DNA of 64,000 bases. Origin: Bacteroidia bacterium. Its GTDB lineage: Bacteria > Bacteroidota > Bacteroidia > SpSt-205. This document shows positions 49,042 to 57,810 of this stretch, in pieces. Position 1 is the stretch's first letter; each line of letters opens with the position of its first letter. Location: assembly GCA_026414975.1 (NCBI GenBank), contig JAOAHZ010000007.1:70727-134726 (forward strand), written 5' to 3'. A program made the position numbers and the translations under genes. The notes beneath the pieces were generated by a model. It was not told where the DNA came from. It worked only from the letters and a program-made list of their open reading frames with translations, and did no database searches.

Positions 49042-49757
49042 AGCGGTACTTTTTCCCTGAGATAGACTCCACTCAAAGCCTTCTACGAAGCTGGACCGAA
49101 GAAGGCTACTGCAGTTCAGATATCTTGGTCTGGACGCATCATCAGCGCGCTGGCTATGGGAGAAAAGGTACTCCTTGGCTCTCTACACCCGGCGAAAGCC
49201 TCACCTTCAGTTTCCTCTTGCATGAGGTGATAAGCCCTCGCACTTTGTCAGCCCGAGTAGCCTTAGCCCTTTATGACGTGGTGAGTCTGTATGCCGAGCA
49301 TCCCATCGCCCTTAAGTGGCCTAACGACCTTTGGGCAGCCCCCCGTCCCTTAGGAAAGCTCGCTGGGATTCTAACTGAGCTCCGATGGGCTGGCGAAAAG
49401 CCTCTCTATGCTATCGTAGGCGTTGGACTGAATGTTTATCAGCGCAGCTTCCCGCCTGAGCTGTGCGCACTGAGTCTGACTCAGATCGGCAAGCCTCCTC
49501 CATCTCTTGAACGACTCATGGATGAGTTTGAAATCTACTTTGAGCGGTGGGGAAACGCTACGGAAGCTCAAGTACGCCAAGCATTCATTCAAAGGGCTTG
49601 GCGTACAGGTACCTTGAATATGAGCGAGGAGAGACTACCCGCTCGACTCGTAGGATGGAACGAGGCAGATGAACTGCTCTTTGAGACATCCCGGGATATA
49701 TACCGTCTCCCCGTCAGCGAAGCCGACATCCGATGGCAAGTTCGGTTCTCTGTATAG
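49029..49757 (+). CDS. birA: Biotin-[acetyl-CoA carboxylase] ligase
   Basis: IDSTQ, QRAGYGRKG, LKWPND, KLAGIL, GVGLNV. Confidence 0.88.
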   Translation: MGRLKRYFFPEIDSTQSLLRSWTEEGYCSSDILVWTHHQRAGYGRKGTPWLSTPGESLTFSFLLHEVISPRTLSARVALALYDVVSLYAEHPIALKWPNDLWAAPRPLGKLAGILTELRWAGEKPLYAIVGVGLNVYQRSFPPELCALSLTQIGKPPPSLERLMDEFEIYFERWGNATEAQVRQAFIQRAWRTGTLNMSEERLPARLVGWNEADELLFETSRDIYRLPVSEADIRWQVRFSV

Positions 49758-50455
49758 ATATTGGCAATAGCGCCGTCAAAGCAGCCCGCTTCTCGCCGAG
49801 GGGAAGGCTTTTGAGCTTCTGGCGCATGGAATCACCTCGGGAACTGGTAGGCTTAGAAGGGGAGTTTATTGCATACATAGACACCCGACTGGATTCAGAA
49901 TGGAGAGAAGTCCTTTCAGCGCAAGGAGCGGTAGAACTGACGATGGCATGCGGCGTACCTTTCAGCTCTGATTACACCCCTCGCTTAGGACCAGACCGAG
50001 CCGCTCAGCTTATCGCTGTGTGGGAAGCCAAGCGATGGCCTGCGCTCGTCCTCAGTCTGGGGACAGCCTGCACTTTAGATTACATGGACGAGAAGGGACG
50101 ACATCGGGGAGGCATCATAACAACCGGCATTGATTTGAGACTGCGGGCCTTAGCGGCCCATACGGGACGGTTGCCCAAGGTCCAACCCACACCCAACCCA
50201 CCCCTCTTGGGTAAGGATACGCCAGAAGCTATGCTGGCCGGAGCTATACATGGATTGGGACTGGAACTGAAAGGGTGGATCGAGCTACTCAAAAGCCCTA
50301 ACACGACCATTTGGATTACAGGCGGAGAAGCCGAGCTAATCCGAACAGCTCTCCCTTCAGACGCTATCTTTGCGCCCGAACTCACACTGCGTGGCGTGTG
50401 GCTCTGGCAGCGATTTTTACGACGCTCTGGGGGCAGCTCACCTACAATCCCTTGA
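49733..50455 (+). CDS. coaX: Type III pantothenate kinase
   Basis: IDIGNS, LGPDR, LGTACT, GGII, ITGGEA. Confidence 0.88.
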   Translation: MASSVLCIDIGNSAVKAARFSPRGRLLSFWRMESPRELVGLEGEFIAYIDTRLDSEWREVLSAQGAVELTMACGVPFSSDYTPRLGPDRAAQLIAVWEAKRWPALVLSLGTACTLDYMDEKGRHRGGIITTGIDLRLRALAAHTGRLPKVQPTPNPPLLGKDTPEAMLAGAIHGLGLELKGWIELLKSPNTTIWITGGEAELIRTALPSDAIFAPELTLRGVWLWQRFLRRSGGSSPTIP

Positions 50456-51573
50456 GCGGCTATGGAATGGGCTTCCCTTATTTGACTACCTCGGGAAGCG
50501 GTTTAGGTATGGGACGGCTCTCTGCTGTAGGCATCGGAAATGGACTACCTGAGCAGCCTGCTCATAGCGCTTACCTCACTGCGATGCAAGCAGATTTTAG
50601 CGGGTACGGTCGCACGCAGGTACTGCAAACTCCTACCCAACGAGCCCGCTTTGGATCCGGATCCCTTCAAAACCTCCAGATGAGCTTCGCTCGGGGAAAA
50701 GGCTGGGGCTTTGCGCTGGGCTTAGCTCCCCAAGCCATCCAAGGTTATCAAGGCAGTGTCCACGTTCAGGCTCCGATTGCTTTCCGCTATACGGAAAAAG
50801 CTGAAGGCCTGCTTTCTTTAGCTTACATTCAGGGGGGGATCCGCTGGAGGTCTGTAGGCATAGGGTATCAGTTCGGGTACTTATGGGGGACTTATGAACG
50901 ACAGCGCTCTATTCAATCCTCCGCCCAGCTTCTGCCCGACTTTCTTCTCACTACGCTGCGAATAGATGGAGTACAGCATCGCGTCGGTCTCTTATGGCAA
51001 GATTCGCTCCGATCGTGGGCGGTTCAGTTGAGTTTAGCTTATGCTTTCCAGACTAAACTCAATCGTGACCTCACCTATAGCTTTCAGAAAAACTTCTCCT
51101 TTACGAGCGTTCTGATAGATACTTTGGTTCGTCAGGAGGCAACTCTAACTTATCCTTCAGTCGTAAGGGGGGGCATGAGCCTAAGTAAAACAAGCTGGCA
51201 CATTGGCTTGGAAGGGGGAATCTCTACAGGGACTAGAACATGGGGAGGAGCCGGACTAAATCCCGCTCAAGGGAGCGTATCATGGGATATGCGCGCCGGT
51301 ATAGAATGGCAACCCGACCCTCGCAGCACCTCTTTCTACAAACGGTTGCGCTATCAAGCAGGAGGCTATATTGCCCAGATGCCCTATACGAATCTGAGAT
51401 ATTATGGAGCCACAGCTGGATTAGGCTGGCAGTTTCCCCGAAGCCCCAATATCATCTACATCGCAGCCGAGTATGGATACGCTCCTCACCCGCAAGTGCG
51501 AGAGACAGCTCTCCAGTTTAGTGTAGCGGCTCTTTTCCGAGAGCTGTGGTTTATTCCGCCGCGCATAGATTGA
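50398..51573 (+). CDS. Outer-membrane beta-barrel protein (FadL-like)
   Basis: ...TLWGQLTYNPLSGYGMG, GMG, aromatic beta-strand pattern, ELWF end; GTG start inferred, with TATCTTTG at 50365-50372 inside coaX. Confidence 0.7.
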   Translation: MALAAIFTTLWGQLTYNPLSGYGMGFPYLTTSGSGLGMGRLSAVGIGNGLPEQPAHSAYLTAMQADFSGYGRTQVLQTPTQRARFGSGSLQNLQMSFARGKGWGFALGLAPQAIQGYQGSVHVQAPIAFRYTEKAEGLLSLAYIQGGIRWRSVGIGYQFGYLWGTYERQRSIQSSAQLLPDFLLTTLRIDGVQHRVGLLWQDSLRSWAVQLSLAYAFQTKLNRDLTYSFQKNFSFTSVLIDTLVRQEATLTYPSVVRGGMSLSKTSWHIGLEGGISTGTRTWGGAGLNPAQGSVSWDMRAGIEWQPDPRSTSFYKRLRYQAGGYIAQMPYTNLRYYGATAGLGWQFPRSPNIIYIAAEYGYAPHPQVRETALQFSVAALFRELWFIPPRID

Positions 51574-51597
51574 AACTTTGCTATACCTTTCGGAGCG

Positions 51598-53067
51598 ATG
51601 GGTCTCCAGGGAAATGAGAATAGAAAGGTATGGGCGCACTTTACCCAGCCATACAGATGGAGAGACCTCTGTACCAGCCTGAGGCAAATCGCAACCTTTC
51701 TCTATCTGGGCCTAACTTTGATAAGTAAGGGAAAAGGACAAATCTCCCTCCCTACTTTCCCACCTGCGAGCATACAACGCATTACTTTGCCCACCTTTTT
51801 ACGTCAAGTCCAGCAAAATGCTATCTCTGTACGCCAAGCCGCCGTACCTCTGACTGTAGCTCAAGCTGAACTGCAACAGGCCTACCTCGCCTTTTTACCC
51901 TCCATAAGCGCTAATGCGAGCGCCACCCAGAACTACGGAACAACTTTTGACCCTTTCGCATTTGATAGGGTCCAGCAGACGACCACTTTTGGTTCAGGCT
52001 CAGTTGGAGCGAACTGGCTCATCTTTGCTGGACTGGCGAATCACTACCTCCTTCGTCAAGCTCGGGCCAACGCCGCTCTCACTCAAGCCACCTATCGCCG
52101 CACTCAAACCGACCTATTAGCTCAAGCCTTGGCTCAGTTCAGCCAGACGCTTAGCGACTCCTTCTTGATAGCCCTCTCCCAGCAACGCATAGAGCGACTG
52201 CGAGACCAACTCAAGCGTGTAACAATCTTGGTAGAAGCTGGACAATCTCTCGCTATAGATAGCCTATCCCTAGCCGCCCAGCTTGCTCGGGAAGAGGCCC
52301 AATACCTCTCTTTATACAATCGCCATCGGGAAAATAAGCTCCTGCTCCTTCAGCTAATGGGATGGGACTCTGTATCCGTGGACGCAGTGGAATTCACTTT
52401 AGGGGTAGAGGTGCCGGACTTAGGCCTGCTGACCGAAGCCGAAGCCATCCAGCTATCTATTCGCTTTGCTCCTGAAATAGAAGAAGCTCGATGGCGGACC
52501 CTGGTGCAAACCTACAGCCTACGAGCGGCCCAAGCTGCCTACTTTCCTACCTTGTCCATGAGCGCTTCCATTCAAACCAACTACTCCTCAAATGCAGGTA
52601 ACATCCGGTTTGATCCTGTCCAAGGTATCGTACGAGAGCCCTTACCTTTTGAGAAGCAGATCCGAGATAATGTGAACCAATCTATCTTCGTCTCATTATC
52701 GGTTCCGATTTTTCAGCAAGGGCGCCGACGCACGCAAGTGATTCGAGCGGAGGGCTCGCTTCGGAATGCTGAGCTTCAGTTAGACCTTCAGCGCCAACAG
52801 GTGGTGCGTCGAACGCAGCAGGCATACTTAGCTTGGCAAAATGCCCTTCAACAGGAAGCCGCTTTGCGGCGCAGCGCAGAGGCTGCTCTCCGAGCCTTAC
52901 AACAATCTCAAGTGCAATATGAGGGGGGACGCATCAACTATTGGACCTACAGGGAAGCTCTAATCGCCGCAACCCAAGCCCAACTTGAGTTAGAACAGGC
53001 TCGGTTGGATAAAGCTCTGCGTGCTCTTCTTCTGAGTGCTTACATTGGCAAATACAGAGATTTATGA
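51598..53067 (+). CDS. TolC-family outer membrane protein
   Basis: Twin FLPSISA / YFPTLSM repeats, LSVPIFQ, long coiled-coils, YEGG; start uncertain. Confidence 0.88.
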   Translation: MGLQGNENRKVWAHFTQPYRWRDLCTSLRQIATFLYLGLTLISKGKGQISLPTFPPASIQRITLPTFLRQVQQNAISVRQAAVPLTVAQAELQQAYLAFLPSISANASATQNYGTTFDPFAFDRVQQTTTFGSGSVGANWLIFAGLANHYLLRQARANAALTQATYRRTQTDLLAQALAQFSQTLSDSFLIALSQQRIERLRDQLKRVTILVEAGQSLAIDSLSLAAQLAREEAQYLSLYNRHRENKLLLLQLMGWDSVSVDAVEFTLGVEVPDLGLLTEAEAIQLSIRFAPEIEEARWRTLVQTYSLRAAQAAYFPTLSMSASIQTNYSSNAGNIRFDPVQGIVREPLPFEKQIRDNVNQSIFVSLSVPIFQQGRRRTQVIRAEGSLRNAELQLDLQRQQVVRRTQQAYLAWQNALQQEAALRRSAEAALRALQQSQVQYEGGRINYWTYREALIAATQAQLELEQARLDKALRALLLSAYIGKYRDL

Positions 53068-54299
53068 AACGGTGGAGATGGATTATAGGGATAGCTGCGG
53101 GGGGACTGTTAATCTTCGGCATAGGCCGCTGGGCTTGCGGGAGAGACCGTAAGCTACTGGTAGAAGTGGATACGGTCCAGCGGCGCACCTTACGCCCCTT
53201 TATCACGGAGACAGCTGTTATTCGTCCAGTGGTAGAAGTACCTATTAGCCCAGATGTATCAGGTGAAGTGGTACAGATTTATGTGAAAGAGGGAGATACA
53301 GTGAGAACAGGCCAGCTTTTGTTCACCATCCGCCCCGATAACTACAAGATGGCCCTTCTCCAGATGCAAGCGGCTTTAGAAGAGGCTCGGGCTCAGTATG
53401 CATCCGCCCAGGCGACCTTAGCCCAGCAAGAGGCAAGCTTCGTACAGGAGTCGCTGGCTTACGAGCGCGCGAAGCGTCTGTATGAGGGACGCGCTTTATC
53501 TGACGCAGAGTGGGATGCCGCCCGTCTGCGCTATCAAATAGCCCGAGCTCAGCGGCAAAGTGCAGAGAACTCTGTCCGAGCTGCTTTCCACCGCATACGC
53601 AGCATGGAAGCTAACCTCACTCGAGCCCGAATAGACTACGAACGCACCTCTGTATATGCCTCTATGGATGGGGTGATTACTCGGCTTAGTGTGCGAGTGG
53701 GTCAGCGCGTGGTCGGAGTCGGACAAATGGCCGGTACGGAGAGCATTCGTATCGCCGACTTGAGCCGATTTCTCGTGGAGACCCAAGTCTCTGAGAATGA
53801 CGTCGTACGGCTCCGCGTAGGAGACTCCGTTAGCATAGAGATACAGGCTTATCCGGAGCTCAAGCTGCGCGGCTTCGTTCAGCAGATCGGCTATAGCTCC
53901 GGGAAAACCGCCCAGTCCGAGGCCGCCAGCGCCATCTCTGGCGAGCAGGTAAGCACATACCTGATTAGAATCGGCATAGACACCAGCCAATACGACCGAA
54001 AAAAATATCCCTTGCGCCCCGAAATGAGCGCTCTGGTTCGCATCTACTACGACAAACGAGAAGGTGTTCTTACGCTGCCGCTCCAATCCGTCGTCTTACG
54101 CAAAGGAGAAGAAGTAGTGTATGAGGTCCTCAATGGCTTAGCCTTAGAGCGGAAAGTGCGCAGCGGCGTCGCCGACGACAAGTTTGTAGAAGTAGAAGGG
54201 GATATAAAGGAAGGGAGCGTTGTTATCACAGGGCCGTATGATGTGCTTCAAGAGCAGCTCGCCGATAGCACTCCTGTCCAAATCCAACCTCGCCTGTGA
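53064..54299 (+). CDS. Efflux periplasmic adaptor (MacA-like)
   Basis: ISPDVSGEV, VKEGDTV, ASMDGVI, GQRVVG, VSENDV, LRPEMSA. Confidence 0.9.
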   Translation: MKRWRWIIGIAAGGLLIFGIGRWACGRDRKLLVEVDTVQRRTLRPFITETAVIRPVVEVPISPDVSGEVVQIYVKEGDTVRTGQLLFTIRPDNYKMALLQMQAALEEARAQYASAQATLAQQEASFVQESLAYERAKRLYEGRALSDAEWDAARLRYQIARAQRQSAENSVRAAFHRIRSMEANLTRARIDYERTSVYASMDGVITRLSVRVGQRVVGVGQMAGTESIRIADLSRFLVETQVSENDVVRLRVGDSVSIEIQAYPELKLRGFVQQIGYSSGKTAQSEAASAISGEQVSTYLIRIGIDTSQYDRKKYPLRPEMSALVRIYYDKREGVLTLPLQSVVLRKGEEVVYEVLNGLALERKVRSGVADDKFVEVEGDIKEGSVVITGPYDVLQEQLADSTPVQIQPRL

Positions 54300-55264
54300 G
54301 GGTAGGGCTGCTCGGTGCAGGAAGTTGGGGCTGTGCCTTAGCTGAGCTCCTCTGTCAGAACCGTCATACCATCTTGTGGTGGGTACATCGTACCGACATA
54401 GCCGACTCTATCCGAAAAACAGGCAAACATCCTTTCATCTTCCCAGAGCACAGCTTCCCGCCCGAGCGGATAGAGCAGGTTACCACCAACCTAACTATTG
54501 TCTCGCAGGATGCAGACCTTATTATTTTGGCTTTACCCTCTCGTTACATCGCCTCGGCTTTACAGGAAGTAGCTATACCTCAGACCAAGCCCTGGCTCTC
54601 AGGAACGAAAGGACTGCTACCTGAAAAAGCGCTGCGTCCCACCGAATATCTGCGCAGCCGAGGTGTCAATCAGGTTGCAATACTGAGCGGCCCCAGTTAC
54701 GCTGAAGAGGTCATAGCTCACCGCCCTACATGGGTAGGGCTCGGCACAGAACTCCCTCATCTGTACGAGCTTGCCCATGCAGCTTTAGCCACCTCTTACT
54801 TTCACCTTATACCCACCTCGGCTGTAAATGCTCTGGAATGGATCGGCATTCTCAAAAACATCTACGCCATCGGCATCGGGGCTATCAGCTTGATTGGGGA
54901 CAACGCTCGAGCCGCCTTAGCCTCCGCCATGCTAAGGGAACTCAGCCAAGTCTTATCGGCCTGGGCGCCAGAAGAGGCATTTGACTTCCTTTCTCCAGCA
55001 TGGGTGGGGGATTTTTTGGTTACAGCTTTCGGTACGCTAAGTCGCAACCAACGCCTGGGCCAATATCTTGCGCAAGGATACAGTCCACGCACAGCTCTAA
55101 ACCGTCTAGGCATGGTGGCCGAAGGGTATTATGCAGCCCAAATCTTATTTCCTCGCATCACCCCTAACTTCCCTATCTTATACAGCATCGTGAGGGTCTT
55201 AAGTGAAAAGGATTCCCCTGAAACGCTACGACAGCATCTCATGAACCACATAGGAGTAGGATAA
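54296..55264 (+). CDS. gpsA: NAD(P)H-dependent glycerol-3-phosphate dehydrogenase
   Basis: GAGSWG, TKG, SGPSYAEE, LKNIYAI, GDFLVT, SRN, VAEG. Confidence 0.9.
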   Translation: MRVGLLGAGSWGCALAELLCQNRHTILWWVHRTDIADSIRKTGKHPFIFPEHSFPPERIEQVTTNLTIVSQDADLIILALPSRYIASALQEVAIPQTKPWLSGTKGLLPEKALRPTEYLRSRGVNQVAILSGPSYAEEVIAHRPTWVGLGTELPHLYELAHAALATSYFHLIPTSAVNALEWIGILKNIYAIGIGAISLIGDNARAALASAMLRELSQVLSAWAPEEAFDFLSPAWVGDFLVTAFGTLSRNQRLGQYLAQGYSPRTALNRLGMVAEGYYAAQILFPRITPNFPILYSIVRVLSEKDSPETLRQHLMNHIGVG

Positions 55265-55387
55265 CCTATCGTGCTGGAAAGCACTGGAGGGAGAAGCAAC
55301 TGGTTTTACTCTTAACGGCGCCCTCTTTGACTCTTCAAGGCCTTTTTCTGTAGGCTTTACGAATTGTCTTTTGGGAGCTTAGGTCGC

Positions 55388-57553
55388 TCATAACTCAAAA
55401 TCGTACCTAAAAGTGATACGAATCTGACGGCCGACTTGATCAGCGAAAAAACGCATAAGATCAGGATAAGCTCTGTAAGCATGATTGAGCAGATTATCTC
55501 CAGAGCAGGCTATGTACCAGCCGCCTATACGGTATCGGATTTCGGCTCCCAGCAGTCCATAACCGGCGGGAGGCTTGATGTATTCTGCTTCTATAGCGTA
55601 GCGGGTTTGACGAAACTGGTGCTGCCAGTAAATCTCCCCTTCCCAGCGTCGGTAGGCTGCCGTTAGAGTGGGGGTCAAAACAAGAGGCGGTAAAAGCGGC
55701 ATGGGTATAGCCGATGAGGTATAAATAGTTCCCCAGAGGTAAGCCCCGCGCAACTCCCACGACAGGTGCGGTGAGAGCCGCTCCTGCCATCGTCCACTGA
55801 GACTCAGCCAAGCCGCTGGACTCTGAGCGTATCTAAGGGTCAGCGCAGCCCCCCGTAGAGAAAGGATAGGGGCGCCCACTCTCTCCCAAACAAAAGCAGG
55901 ACTGTAGTACAGACCCACCCCCCAAGCCAGACGCCTCATCTCATGAGCTATCCGCAAAGCTGCGGTAGGTTCCATGCGCAGTTCATTAGCTCCAATGTAA
56001 AAAGCCGCCTGTGCCTGATGGTACCCATAGGCGTACAGTTCCGCAGGATTAGGGGCTCGAGTCAGCAAGCTCCATCGTACCCGTAATGACCTGCCGCTCC
56101 ACCCCGTCTCAGCTGCAAGAGGCCAAAACACCCGTTCCCCTCCCTCCACAGGCATGCCTCCCCCCTGAAGAATAACCCGACTGTAGCGGTATTTTACGGG
56201 TTCTACACGGAATCCCAGTTCCCATTTAGAGAAACGGTATAGCCCGAAGACCCCACCTTGCCAACGCTCATAGGCTGGAATAAAATAGGCGTATTGCCGA
56301 TAGTTACGCTGATGCTGGAAGAAGGCTCCAGCGAACCAGCCATTTTTTTCATAGGTAAGCTGCACAAAGTGCGTAGTTAGCTGAAGATCAAGAGCGACCC
56401 CAGCACCACCTGTATAGAGGCCGATAAGGTCGCGTTCTCTGCGGCGATTGTACTGACGCCCCATGGTAACGGTCCAAAGAGCCCCATCCGAGGCAACACG
56501 ACTGACCACTACGCTGGTCAGCTCATGCTCCACTTCTTGATAAGGGGGGGTTATCTTGTACGAAAATACAGAAGGAACTAAAGGTGATGAAGCGGATAAA
56601 GCTCGCTGGAGGTCGGATAGGTTACCAGTGTGCATGCCTTGAAAGAGTCCAATGAGGGCATTGTACTGAGCATAGTATAGACGGATCTGCCAGCGCGACC
56701 AGAGCCGGTGAAGGGTGAAACTGCCATGCGCTTGCATCGTGCCGGTACCCGTGAGGTAGTAAAGCGGAGCTTGAAGCGTTCCCACCCTCAAAACAGAGCC
56801 TTGGAGGCGATAGCCCCACTTGAGGAGGTTACCTTGCAGACGTAAGCCTATGAGACCACCGCGTCCATTATCCACCCCAGTGACGAGAAACCGCCCCTGA
56901 GTTTGACGCAAGCAGCACACCAAGGGAATCGGAAGGACAATAGCCCCTCCTACACCTTCAGTTCCATGCCTTACAGGTGAAGAGCCAAGCTGAGCCTCTA
57001 TTTCCTCCGCACTAAAGGGGTCTATCTCAGGCGCATGGTCCTCTCCCCATTGCTGCGAAGCTAAGGGCTGACCACCTTGCCAATAGGCAATGCGAGAGCC
57101 TCGAAGCCCCTCCATAATAGGTTTCGCAATGTAAGGCCCACCTTGGCTCAAAGCCACCCCAGGCACTCTCAGAAGCTGCATCGCTAGACCTTGCTCTGCC
57201 CTGAATGGTCTGCTTAGAGGCTCAACATGAAATGCTCCCGATAGATGCCCCTCTATCACTACTGTGTGGAGACGCTCTCGCCCTTCTATGTAGAGAGGGG
57301 CTTCTTGAGGAACAGAAATGGACACCTCGGCCACAACATGCCCCTCAAACCATAGCCTTAGCTTATAAGGGCCAGCACACACGCCATGCATGTGAAAAAA
57401 TCCAAACGCATCAACGCTATCATAGCGTCCAGCAGGCCAAAGCTCTATTCGGCTATTCGGCCAGTCCGCATACCCAGCGACCTCATATGAGCAGGTGTCC
57501 TGAGCAAAGAGAAAGCAGAAAATCCCACCAAGCCAACACCGCATTTTTGCCAC
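55388..57553 (-). CDS. TonB-dependent receptor
   Basis: KPIMEGL, QQWGEDHAPEIDP plug, RAPNPAELY, DNLLN...GRQI; start GTG 57553 or ATG 57544. Confidence 0.88.
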   Translation of the reverse strand: MAKMRCWLGGIFCFLFAQDTCSYEVAGYADWPNSRIELWPAGRYDSVDAFGFFHMHGVCAGPYKLRLWFEGHVVAEVSISVPQEAPLYIEGRERLHTVVIEGHLSGAFHVEPLSRPFRAEQGLAMQLLRVPGVALSQGGPYIAKPIMEGLRGSRIAYWQGGQPLASQQWGEDHAPEIDPFSAEEIEAQLGSSPVRHGTEGVGGAIVLPIPLVCCLRQTQGRFLVTGVDNGRGGLIGLRLQGNLLKWGYRLQGSVLRVGTLQAPLYYLTGTGTMQAHGSFTLHRLWSRWQIRLYYAQYNALIGLFQGMHTGNLSDLQRALSASSPLVPSVFSYKITPPYQEVEHELTSVVVSRVASDGALWTVTMGRQYNRRRERDLIGLYTGGAGVALDLQLTTHFVQLTYEKNGWFAGAFFQHQRNYRQYAYFIPAYERWQGGVFGLYRFSKWELGFRVEPVKYRYSRVILQGGGMPVEGGERVFWPLAAETGWSGRSLRVRWSLLTRAPNPAELYAYGYHQAQAAFYIGANELRMEPTAALRIAHEMRRLAWGVGLYYSPAFVWERVGAPILSLRGAALTLRYAQSPAAWLSLSGRWQERLSPHLSWELRGAYLWGTIYTSSAIPMPLLPPLVLTPTLTAAYRRWEGEIYWQHQFRQTRYAIEAEYIKPPAGYGLLGAEIRYRIGGWYIACSGDNLLNHAYRAYPDLMRFFADQVGRQIRITFRYDFEL

Positions 57554-57798
57554 TTAGCCGCAAAAATATCAAAAGGGCCCCGACGGCCTCTGCTCCTACG
57601 AATCATGCCGCGCAGAGAAATTCTGTGAGCATACCCTTACAAAAGTCAGAGAAAGTGATAAGCCATAAGCCTTGTTCCAGTGCATCTTAGATTTGAAGGA
57701 CTTCTCCTCCGTGCTCCATACATTGAGCCCATAAACAATACGATTTCCGGAGCGGCTGCCTATTTTCTCCATTAGAAATGCCAAACAACAATAAACCC

Positions 57799-57806
57799 TA
57801 CTTTTG
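57799..57806 (+). promoter_or_regulatory. -7 element TACTTTTG for the TonB receptor
   Basis: Exact TAnnTTTG 4 nt before ATG 57811. Confidence 0.75.
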
Positions 57807-57810
57807 CATC

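Noticed and set aside
57569..57798. Cobalamin or TPP riboswitch between the divergent TonB receptors
   Set aside because: No recognisable riboswitch consensus, and both promoters lie within 4-7 nt of the start codons
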